The notes below the pieces were generated by a model. The model was not told the DNA's origin and ran no database searches. It saw nothing but the letters and a program-made list of their open reading frames with translations. A stretch of 12,075 nt of DNA from Nitrospira japonica (GTDB taxonomy: Bacteria; Nitrospirota; Thermodesulfovibrionia; Thermodesulfovibrionales; SM23-35). Positions 1 to 7,271 of the stretch are shown here, in pieces. Every line of letters starts with the position of its first letter. The stretch's first letter is position 1. Location of the stretch: positions 1-12,075 of the forward strand of contig DYFC01000059.1 of NCBI GenBank assembly GCA_020725385.1, written 5' to 3'. The translations under genes and the position numbers were made by a program.

Positions 1-74
1 AAGGCGATAGTTTAATTACTGAAAATCTTTTTCCTATCTCTTATTCAAAAAAGAAAAATTTAATTTGTATTGAA

Positions 75-282
75 AAACTTTTGCGAAGCAAATCATATTC
101 GTCTCATTCCCGGAAGAAGATTGGACTACGGGTCCACAGTCCACAGTCGACAGTCCACAGACCACAGTTTTTAGTGCTGAAGGCTGAAGGCGATAATGTT
201 AATTTGATATGACTTTGGAATATTTTTAAATTATCCTAAAAAGAGAAACTTTTACTAAGCAAATCCTTTAAGCCTTATTCCC
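75..282 (+). repeat. Diverged non-coding duplicated block (75-111 vs 246-282)
   Basis: AAACTTTTGCGAAGCAAATCATATTCGTCTCATTCCC vs AAACTTTTACTAAGCAAATCCTTTAAGCCTTATTCCC: 29/37 identical, ungapped. AAGGCGATA lies upstream of each (1-9 and 187-195). Confidence 0.6.
132..191 (+). repeat. Heptamer tandem repeat (GTCCACA-type x5) followed by GCTGAAG-type units; left copy of a flanking direct repeat
   Basis: GTCCACA GTCCACA GTCGACA GTCCACA GACCACA at 132-166, then AGTGCTGAAGGCTGAAGGC at 173-191. Positions 138-167 are identical to 11853-11882. Confidence 0.9.
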
Positions 283-324
283 CCACAGCCTATAATTGAA
301 ACCCAGTTTTCAAGAAATTTATCC

Positions 325-1230
325 TTAGTTTTCCCTGTAAGAACTATACACTAATTTTATATTCTTTACTATCTCTCCAATCTTGTGAAAGTTTCCTGAG
401 TTGAGCATTATAATATTATACTCCAAACCCCTCTTAAAATATTTATCTTTTTTATGGCAGTTCTTATTGGTATTAAGAATAAGGGTTACATAATCTTTTC
501 CCAACATTCTAATAAAGTGTCCATAATCATAAATATCTCTATCATTTATTTTTCTTAACTCTTTTACCAAAAAAAGATGATTCCTAAAAGTAAAAATATA
601 GCTAAAAAGTAAAGATTGTTTTCTGTCTTCATTAGTCAAAAGCCCGTTTAATATTATATTCTCTGACTCTCCAATGATCTCTGATAATAAATAAGCAGTC
701 TTCTTTATACTTAAAACCAATCCTCTATTTGATTTTAGATTATCTGAGAAGCTGCTACCTTTAAGTTTATATCCAAAAGAATTTACAAAATCCCCTACAT
801 CCACATTTTTATCAAAAATATATTCTTTAAATAAAGGATAAATCTCAATAACATTCCCCGAATCTGCATTGATATAAATTATGCAGCCATTACTCTTTTC
901 ACTTACAAACCCTTCATATGCGGCAAGCGACATTATCTTTGTCCCGCCGGTAAGATTTAGGATTATCTCATTTTTCTTATACTGTTTAATAATTTGCCTT
1001 ATCTTTCCGATTGTCTCCTCATAACCAATATAACTTACTAATTCTTCTCTAATATCTACGCCATATTTTTTTATTATATCCAGAAATCTCTTACCTTTAT
1101 CGGATTTTTCAGCAGTATTAAAAAGCACTACTATATCAGGCTTAAATTCAGGAAAATAAAAAGGTATAAGATCGGGTATAATATTATCTGATGCAAAACA
1201 GATATAGACTCTTTTACTATTAGTAATCAT
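325..1230 (-). CDS. Card1/Can2 (DUF1887)-like CARF protein with degenerate, probably inactive C-terminal PD-(D/E)xK domain
   Basis: N-terminal CARF motifs RVYICFASDNIIPDLIP, PDIVVLFNT, LNLTGGTKIMSLAAY and VGDFVNSFGY parallel the adjacent gene. The C-terminal LFSYIFTFRNHLFLVKELR aligns with ELDVVFTYNNKLFVIECKS but lacks the D and ExK. Confidence 0.8.
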   Translation of the reverse strand: MITNSKRVYICFASDNIIPDLIPFYFPEFKPDIVVLFNTAEKSDKGKRFLDIIKKYGVDIREELVSYIGYEETIGKIRQIIKQYKKNEIILNLTGGTKIMSLAAYEGFVSEKSNGCIIYINADSGNVIEIYPLFKEYIFDKNVDVGDFVNSFGYKLKGSSFSDNLKSNRGLVLSIKKTAYLLSEIIGESENIILNGLLTNEDRKQSLLFSYIFTFRNHLFLVKELRKINDRDIYDYGHFIRMLGKDYVTLILNTNKNCHKKDKYFKRGLEYNIIMLNSGNFHKIGEIVKNIKLVYSSYREN

Positions 1231-1233
1231 AAC

Positions 1234-2208
1234 TTACTCTGAAATCCATTGTAAAATTATTTCATCAAGTCTTTTTAAGTCATCAAAATATATAATCTTA
1301 ACGTCTAATCCGTAGAGAGATGAATAATCGATTTCACTTTTATTTCTTGCACTTATCAACATAAGTCTAACAAAGTCACCTCCTATTTGCTTGCCAAGCA
1401 CATTAAGTTTTTTTGAACCAGATATCATACCACAACCTGATTTACATTCAATAACAAATAACTTATTGTTGTATGTAAATACGACATCGAGTTCATTCTC
1501 AAGTAAATTAGGACTTATGATGTTAATATTACATTTTAACCTTGCCTCATCCTTAATATATTTGCTTACACAATAGTAAGCATAATACTCAAGCCAAAAT
1601 CCTCCACCCTCATAGACAATATTATTATTCTCAAAAAATGTAATTATTTTACTATTAATTTCACTATTGTTATTAAATAGATAATTTCTATTATCATAAA
1701 TTAGTTTACCGAGTAGTTTTACATAGTTAGTGGAGGCATTACTTTTTGCAATATACCCATAACTATACAAATAATCTTCAACGTTTATTGAATCTTCGAA
1801 ATCATACATTTCTATCTTTGGCTTTATCTGCAAAATCATCTTTTCTGCAGTATTTACATATAAAATCCTATATTTTATCCTCTGACTCTTTAAAAATGCT
1901 GTATATGCGGCAAGTGCCATTATCTTTGTCCCGCCTGATATATTCAAAACAAGTTCATAACCATTGTAATAATAAATAATTTTCTCAATCACATTCTTTA
2001 TACAATCAAATGCTATTGAGTTTTCCAAGGACTTTATTAACACATCCATATTATGTCTTTCGAAAATCTCCTTTAGCCGTTGAGCCTGGTTTTTCTTTTC
2101 AGGGGTCTGCAATAATATAACTTTATCAGGATAAAACTTCTTCATAAAGGCAGGTATCATATTAGGAACCGGTTGGTCAGAGACAAGGCAGATATAAATC
2201 CGTTTCAT
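1234..2208 (-). CDS. card1: Card1/Can2 family cOA-activated nuclease (CARF + PD-(D/E)xK, DUF1887)
   Basis: CARF: ICLVSDQPVPNMIP and LNISGGTKIMALAAY. Nuclease: GGFWLEYY ... NELDVVFTYNNKLFVIECKSG, then KL..LGKQIGG, typical of Card1/Can2. Confidence 0.88.
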   Translation of the reverse strand: MKRIYICLVSDQPVPNMIPAFMKKFYPDKVILLQTPEKKNQAQRLKEIFERHNMDVLIKSLENSIAFDCIKNVIEKIIYYYNGYELVLNISGGTKIMALAAYTAFLKSQRIKYRILYVNTAEKMILQIKPKIEMYDFEDSINVEDYLYSYGYIAKSNASTNYVKLLGKLIYDNRNYLFNNNSEINSKIITFFENNNIVYEGGGFWLEYYAYYCVSKYIKDEARLKCNINIISPNLLENELDVVFTYNNKLFVIECKSGCGMISGSKKLNVLGKQIGGDFVRLMLISARNKSEIDYSSLYGLDVKIIYFDDLKRLDEIILQWISE

Positions 2209-2214
2209 AAGATA

Positions 2215-3984
2215 TTATTTTTTTAAACCGAGTTTTTTGAGTTTGATACTTAGCGTTGATTCGGGTATCTTTATCTTTTCTGCGAGAACCTTCTGCTTTT
2301 TATACTTGCTAGTCAGCTTTGAGAGTATCTTTTTTTCATATTCCTCCAGATATTTATCATATCCCAGATTCTCTATGACCTTTATTTCTGCATCTTCGTC
2401 CTTATTTGCTGTATAATCTTCTACGATATCTTCCCTCTTTCTAATCTTATTTTCTTCTAAAACGCTCAATAAGATATCCTTTTTTATAACCCCATCTTTA
2501 CTCCTGATTGCTGAATTAAGAATAACATTTTCAAGAACTCTAACATTCTTATTTTTCCAATTACACATATTTAATATTTTTAAAGCCTCATCATCTGTTC
2601 TATATTCTGTTCCTCTCTCAATACTCTTCTTTTTTAATATAAGTCTTACAATCAACTCTATATCCTCAATCCTGCTATTCAGATTATCTATATTCACTCT
2701 ATACCTTGATATCCTATTGAAAAAGTCTTCGGGGAGCTTCTCTTCCTGTATCAGCTTTTCAGGGTCCTCATTTAGGGCAAATATCATATAAATTTTACCT
2801 TCAATATTCTCTGGGTAGTCATCTCCAACTCTCCTTACTTGTTTAAATTGAACAAACCTGTTTAATTGCGAAGAGACCTCATAAGGCATCTTTTCAACTT
2901 CATCAAAGAAGAGAATAGACCCTTGATCCACTGCGGTCTTTATCATTCCGACTCTGTCAGTATCGGCACCAGTAAACGAACCTTTTTTATGTCCGAATAA
3001 CTCAGAGGCTATCAAGTCTTTGGAACTTCCCCCAATATTTATAACCATCATCCCTTTACCCAGCAGATTTGCATAATATCTTGCAAAGAGTTCCTTACCT
3101 GTCCCGGTCTCTCCATACAACAAGACTATTTCACAATCGTTCCTTGCAAAAGCCTCAAGGTCTGCTGTTGTTTTTTGAAAGGATCTACTTACTCCTGCCA
3201 GAAACGCCGTTTTACTCGTAGCATCAAACGACAACTTCTCTATCTCATCTGTATCCTTTATCAGAATTACCTTATCATCGGGTTTATAAATCTGATAGGT
3301 CTGCTTACTCGTATCGACCTCTTCCTGAAATTTACTAACAATATTTTTATATGTAGTCCCAAGATTAATCCTGTCACCAAACTTGTTTTTCAAACGGACA
3401 TAAGAGATTTCAACGAGGTCTATCTTAATATTATCATGAGGTACTTCTCTGCCATCTTTTAACAATAACCTGCCACCAGGCTCAGGGAAGAAAAAATTTC
3501 TCTCTGTTTCTATGTAAGGCGGAACCATAACATGATACAGCTTATCTTCCTTCCCGCCAAGCAGCGTCATTATCAGTGCCATATATGCAGTCATAGTTTT
3601 TCTTCCGCCCGCAATTGATGTAAAAAGTCTTTTCTCTACATTTATCCGCTGTATCTCTTTTACGGCATTGAATATAAAATTTGCTGTATCTTCACTGTCT
3701 TTTGAATCCCTTATGTCCAGAATTTCTTCTTTATTACTGCTGTTAATAACATAGACATTTTCGGCATAAGTAAATCTGACATTTGTTTTATAGAGTTCGT
3801 TGAACCTTCGGATCTTTTCGTCAAAGTTTACACTCTTAAGAACTTTCAGACCTTCTGATGTAGTAATTATATATATTTCGTCAACCGGTTCTTTATTGCA
3901 TACAGCAAGGCCATATAATGTCTCTGTTACAACCTGCGGAGTCGTCCCGACAACACTTACAAGTATTCCATTTTTCTTCTGCAT
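2215..3984 (-). CDS. CARF (NE0113/Csx14-type) - sigma54-interacting AAA+ - Fis-type HTH transcriptional activator
   Basis: CARF: VGTTPQVVTETLYGL, IITTSEG, DIR, SIAGGRKTM, DKLYHVMV, FFFP. AAA+: Walker A GETGTGKE, SELFGHKKGSFTGA (GAFTGA-like loop, 2965-2982), Walker B ILFFDEV, EDFFNRI, RIEDI, sensor II WKNKNVRVLEN. C-terminal HTH QKVLAEKIKIPESTLSIKLKKLGL. Confidence 0.92.
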   Translation of the reverse strand: MQKKNGILVSVVGTTPQVVTETLYGLAVCNKEPVDEIYIITTSEGLKVLKSVNFDEKIRRFNELYKTNVRFTYAENVYVINSSNKEEILDIRDSKDSEDTANFIFNAVKEIQRINVEKRLFTSIAGGRKTMTAYMALIMTLLGGKEDKLYHVMVPPYIETERNFFFPEPGGRLLLKDGREVPHDNIKIDLVEISYVRLKNKFGDRINLGTTYKNIVSKFQEEVDTSKQTYQIYKPDDKVILIKDTDEIEKLSFDATSKTAFLAGVSRSFQKTTADLEAFARNDCEIVLLYGETGTGKELFARYYANLLGKGMMVINIGGSSKDLIASELFGHKKGSFTGADTDRVGMIKTAVDQGSILFFDEVEKMPYEVSSQLNRFVQFKQVRRVGDDYPENIEGKIYMIFALNEDPEKLIQEEKLPEDFFNRISRYRVNIDNLNSRIEDIELIVRLILKKKSIERGTEYRTDDEALKILNMCNWKNKNVRVLENVILNSAIRSKDGVIKKDILLSVLEENKIRKREDIVEDYTANKDEDAEIKVIENLGYDKYLEEYEKKILSKLTSKYKKQKVLAEKIKIPESTLSIKLKKLGLKK

Positions 3985-3988
3985 CTGC

Positions 3989-4312
3989 TTACTCCGTTCT
4001 CAAAAGGATACCAAATTCATAATTATCTAATATGTATTCTTTCGAGAGTTCCCCTTTCATATTAGGGTCTGTTACCCTCTTCGTAATCCTGAAAATGAGA
4101 GCCTCATCCCCCTTATTCAGTCTTACCTGAATCCTGTTGACATCAATTTTTATCCCTGTCAGTAATTCCATCGCATCAGCTGTCTCCTGATAACCTATTG
4201 CAGACTTAAAATTTCCCTCCAATAGCCATTCCCTGGCTTTATCAAGTGATATTTTGTTGTATTTATAAACACCCTCTTCGGTTATAACAGCCGAATTAAG
4301 TATATATCTCAT
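3989..4312 (-). CDS. crn2: AcrIII-1/Crn2 family (DUF1874, STIV B116/YddF-like) ring nuclease homologue; catalytic His position is Tyr
   Basis: 107 aa. Motifs YILNS, G.Y....IS, SAIG(Y)QETA..M..L.GI.I.VNR, L..GD.ALIFR...R match the DUF1874 pattern. RBS AGGAG (complement of 4319-4323). Confidence 0.82.
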   Translation of the reverse strand: MRYILNSAVITEEGVYKYNKISLDKAREWLLEGNFKSAIGYQETADAMELLTGIKIDVNRIQVRLNKGDEALIFRITKRVTDPNMKGELSKEYILDNYEFGILLRTE

Positions 4313-4335
4313 ATCAATCTCCTTTTAATATTAAT

Positions 4336-4364
4336 ATCCTACAACAAACCCCTTAGAAATTCAA
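4336..4364 (-). promoter_or_regulatory. Candidate sigma70 promoter for the crn2 / CARF-activator / card1 operon
   Basis: Minus strand TTGAAT (4364-4359), 17 nt spacer, TAGGAT (4341-4336), just upstream of the RBS and ATG at 4312. Confidence 0.5.
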
Positions 4365-4378
4365 ATAATTAAAGAATT

Positions 4379-4431
4379 CAAAAAATCAAATATGGCAAAC
4401 AAAAAATCAGATAAAAAACTGTTCTTTATCT
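4379..4431. promoter_or_regulatory. Candidate regulator-binding sites (direct repeat plus palindrome) upstream of the sigma54 promoter
   Basis: CAAAAAATCAAATA (4379-4392) / CAAAAAATCAGATA (4400-4413), 21-bp period. Imperfect palindrome AGATAAAAAAC-T-GTTCTTTATCT (4409-4431), 10/11 arm match. Confidence 0.4.
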
Positions 4432-4443
4432 CTCTTAAACATA

Positions 4444-4460
4444 CTGGCACAGGAGTTGAC
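4444..4460 (+). promoter_or_regulatory. Candidate sigma54 (RpoN) -24/-12 promoter
   Basis: CTGGCACAGGAGTTGAC = TGGCAC-N5-TTGA. GG (4446-4447) and GA (4458-4459) have the exact GG-N10-GC spacing, with C>A at -12. Predicted TSS near 4471, RBS AGGAGG at 4477-4482. It is divergent from a sigma54 activator gene. Confidence 0.65.
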
Positions 4461-4489
4461 ATATCCGGAAAACATCAGGAGGTATTAAT

Positions 4490-4651
4490 ATGAAAGAACC
4501 AAAATCAGCAAAACTTTGTAGTATCTGTCACGACAAGAAGGCATTATTTGTATCAAATGGCAACATCAAGTATGAAAAAAGCCACAATCTGTGTTACAGA
4601 TGCTTCAGAAGCTTGAGAGACAGTCTCTATAGTAAATTACTAAATGAATAG
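4490..4651 (+). CDS. Small 53-aa putative zinc-finger protein (CxxC...HxxCxxC), not in the ORF track
   Basis: MKEPKSAKLCSICHDKKALFVSNGNIKYEKSHNLCYRCFRSLRDSLYSKLLNE*. Perfect AGGAGG 7 nt before the ATG. The TAG stop overlaps the AGGAGG RBS of cas1. Confidence 0.8.
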   Translation: MKEPKSAKLCSICHDKKALFVSNGNIKYEKSHNLCYRCFRSLRDSLYSKLLNE

Positions 4652-4661
4652 GAGGTAGCTT

Positions 4662-5660
4662 ATGCAAAAGAGGATAAATCTATTTGTTACAGAGCAAGAG
4701 AGCATCTTAGGCGTTGAAGGAAACAGAATATACATTAGAAAGGAAAAGAATAATCTACTAGATATACCTATCCTCAACATAAGACAAATAGTATTGTTTG
4801 GCAATATTACAGTTACACCAAGAGCAATCACAAGACTGCTCAACGATGGAGTATTTATTACTTACCTTACAACAAATGGAAAATTTCTTGGGCAAATACT
4901 ACCGGCAGAGCATTCGGATTGCAATATTATTAAGCTTCAGGTCAAACGGGCAGATGACAATGCATTCAGATTTAGAATTAGCCGGGACATCATCGATGCA
5001 AAAATAAACAATTCAATATCTCATCTTTTACAGAGAAGAAGAATAAAATCAGAAGCAGATGAACTTATAGCTGAACTCAAGAAAAACCAATCCAGACTAA
5101 GTCAATGTACAAAATTTGATGAATTAATGGGAATTGAAGGTATTTGTGCAAAAATATACTTTAGCGGGTTAAAAAGACTCCTGATAAAGGATTTTGGATT
5201 TAAAGGGAGGACAAAGCACCCTCCTGAAGATCCCGTAAATGCAGCTCTCTCCCTGTCATATACCTTACTCTATTCCATTATCTTTTCTATGCTACATATA
5301 CACGGACTGAATCCATATATAGGTTTTTTGCACGAGACAAAATACGGACACGCAGCCCTTGCATCAGACTTACTTGAAGAATTCAGAGCCTATGTCTGTG
5401 ATAAATTTGTATTAAAGTGTTTTAACCAAAACATGTTTGATGCTAACTCATTTACAAGAACTGAGAAAGGGGTATTTTTCAAAGATGATAAATTAAAATT
5501 ATTTCTCAAGAATTGGGCAGAGAACCTTGATAACGAAATAAATTATAACAATTCATTCAAAACAAACGTTTACAGGCTAATTGATATTCAGTCAGAAAAC
5601 ATAAAAAAATCAATCTTAAGTGGAGAAGATTATAAACCATTTATCTTCGAGGATGTTTAA
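4662..5660 (+). CDS. cas1: CRISPR-associated endonuclease Cas1
   Basis: LMGIEGICAKIYF, FKGRTKHPPEDPVNAALSLSYTLL, GLNPYIGFLH, ALASDLLEEFR (catalytic E/H/E intact). RBS AGGAGG at 4650-4655. Confidence 0.97.
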   Translation: MQKRINLFVTEQESILGVEGNRIYIRKEKNNLLDIPILNIRQIVLFGNITVTPRAITRLLNDGVFITYLTTNGKFLGQILPAEHSDCNIIKLQVKRADDNAFRFRISRDIIDAKINNSISHLLQRRRIKSEADELIAELKKNQSRLSQCTKFDELMGIEGICAKIYFSGLKRLLIKDFGFKGRTKHPPEDPVNAALSLSYTLLYSIIFSMLHIHGLNPYIGFLHETKYGHAALASDLLEEFRAYVCDKFVLKCFNQNMFDANSFTRTEKGVFFKDDKLKLFLKNWAENLDNEINYNNSFKTNVYRLIDIQSENIKKSILSGEDYKPFIFEDV

Positions 5661-5661
5661 G

Positions 5662-5985
5662 ATGAGGACAAGAAGAATGTATATAGTAGTAGTTTATGAC
5701 GTATGTGAATCAGAAGGTAACCCCAAAGAGAAGAGAAAGAATCGCAGGAAGTTGTATAAAAGGCTTAAGGATATAGGCTCCCCCGTCCAGTTCAGTGCCT
5801 TTGAATTTAATGTGACTCCCGAACAAAAGGCCCAGATTGAAAGTATAATAAACCGCTATATTGAACCAAGTGACAGAGTCTCTGTATATACTCTATGTGA
5901 AGAATGCAGAAAGAAGATTGAGAGATTTCAGACAAAGACATTAAAACCTGTTATAACAGATGATATTTCATCTATGGAGGTATAA
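5662..5985 (+). CDS. cas2: CRISPR-associated protein Cas2 (alternative start 5677)
   Basis: YIVVVYDV, G.PVQFSAFE, DRVSVYTLCEEC. Directly follows cas1. GAGGA lies 8 nt before both ATG 5662 and ATG 5677; the track start at 5620 is a GTG inside cas1. Confidence 0.93.
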   Translation: MRTRRMYIVVVYDVCESEGNPKEKRKNRRKLYKRLKDIGSPVQFSAFEFNVTPEQKAQIESIINRYIEPSDRVSVYTLCEECRKKIERFQTKTLKPVITDDISSMEV

Positions 5986-5986
5986 A

Positions 5987-6445
5987 ATGATGAATACAGA
6001 CATTTATCTCCTTTCTTCATCATCACCGGTAGCAAAAAACATGAAAATCTCATTTTCGGTTCAATTAGGCAAGGAAGAAATTATAAAGACAATAAATATC
6101 AGTAAAGAAGGTTCACCGATTGAAGCCGAATACATAGGGTTAATTTATATATTTGAGAAAATATTTGCCGAGAAGAAGATTAAAAAATTGACAGATGTAA
6201 ATATATTTACTAATAATCTCACTGTAGCAATGCAGATAAACGGTAAATTCAGAGTCAGCAGCAACAGGGTTATTGCTCTGTATAGCAGATTCAAAGCCTC
6301 CTCTTCACATTACAGACTAAATGCCCAATACCTTGAAAAGAATAAAATTCGGGAGAATATACGCAATGAAGACAGTGTATATTCGGAAAAAGAGCTCACA
6401 AAAATTCTCAATGAAATCGATTCGGAAGAGAGTATATGGAAGTAA
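5987..6445 (+). CDS. RNase HI-fold (RVT_3-like) protein, apparently catalytically degenerate
   Basis: EAEYIGLI and VNIFTNNLTVAMQINGKFRV resemble the RNase HI motifs AEY.AL and DS.LV..Q..G.y.v. GGAGG at 5976-5980 supports a start at 5987 or 5990. Confidence 0.7.
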   Translation: MMNTDIYLLSSSSPVAKNMKISFSVQLGKEEIIKTINISKEGSPIEAEYIGLIYIFEKIFAEKKIKKLTDVNIFTNNLTVAMQINGKFRVSSNRVIALYSRFKASSSHYRLNAQYLEKNKIRENIRNEDSVYSEKELTKILNEIDSEESIWK

Positions 6446-7269
6446 AACATACTGTTATTGGAAGATTTTATGTTTCACTGAGATTTGAGAAGAAAGGAGT
6501 TATACACGGAAGGGGCGGAGAGCAGATTCACGGAATTATATTCAGAGAACTCAAAAAGATATCAAAGGAAATATCAACTCATTACCACGATTCGGAAAAA
6601 CCTTCTGCCTTCGCAATATCATACCTTCTGCCAGACGCTCCCGGTCAAAAACCATATCTGGAAAACGGAAATCTCATAATCAACAAAGGCGACACACTCC
6701 GATTCATCGCAGGATGTGTGGACGAAGGGCTCCTCTCTGTATTAATCAAAGTTTTTCTTGAGATAATTAGGGATAGCAGAATTGTAAGGATCGGGAATAT
6801 CCCTGCCACAATTATACAGACAAATCTGACAGGGAAAGGCAAAACAGAATTTACAACCTATGAGGAGATTATAAAGAAACCAGCCAGAAAAACCAGAATA
6901 CTACTAAGGACTATTACACCTGTGAGTTTCAGGCATAATGGTATGCAAATAAGTTTCCCTCAGCCATTTAACGTTTTTTATTCACTTCTAAAAATCTGGA
7001 ACAATTATTCAAAAATAAAATTCGACGAAAGTTTACTGGAAGATGCTCAGAAGATTATGGTATCAAAGTACAATCTCCGATCTGAGATAATAAATTTTGA
7101 TAATTACGAAATTTTTGGCTCCAGGGGATTTATAGTTTACGACCTCTCAAAGCTGAAAGGGACCGAGAGCCACAGAATCTTCAATATTCTTGCAGACTTT
7201 GCAAATTACTCCGGAATCGGCTACAAAAGGTCAATGGGGATGGGGATGGTAGAGATAAAATTCATCTGA
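6436..7269 (+). CDS. cas6: CRISPR pre-crRNA processing endoribonuclease Cas6
   Basis: C-terminal Gly-rich loop FANYSGIGYKRSMGMG, plus TPVSFR, FPQP..VF.SL..IWN and the N-terminal HG/..HD.. pattern. Confidence 0.95.
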   Translation: MEVKHTVIGRFYVSLRFEKKGVIHGRGGEQIHGIIFRELKKISKEISTHYHDSEKPSAFAISYLLPDAPGQKPYLENGNLIINKGDTLRFIAGCVDEGLLSVLIKVFLEIIRDSRIVRIGNIPATIIQTNLTGKGKTEFTTYEEIIKKPARKTRILLRTITPVSFRHNGMQISFPQPFNVFYSLLKIWNNYSKIKFDESLLEDAQKIMVSKYNLRSEIINFDNYEIFGSRGFIVYDLSKLKGTESHRIFNILADFANYSGIGYKRSMGMGMVEIKFI

Positions 7270-7271
7270 TT

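Noticed and set aside
132-167. Repeat tract as a CRISPR array
   Set aside because: It consists of contiguous 7-nt units with no spacers.
296-313. TTGAAA-N6-TTTCAA as terminator of the card1 operon
   Set aside because: The stem is a weak, AT-rich 6 bp and there is no convincing U-tract.
2215-3984. Calling the activator rtcR
   Set aside because: The N-terminal domain has NE0113/Csx14-type motifs, and no rtcA or rtcB is present in the window.
4456-4489. TTGACA as a sigma70 -35 for the cas operon
   Set aside because: No -10 hexamer at 16-18 nt spacing. The sigma54 reading of the same bases fits the spacing better.
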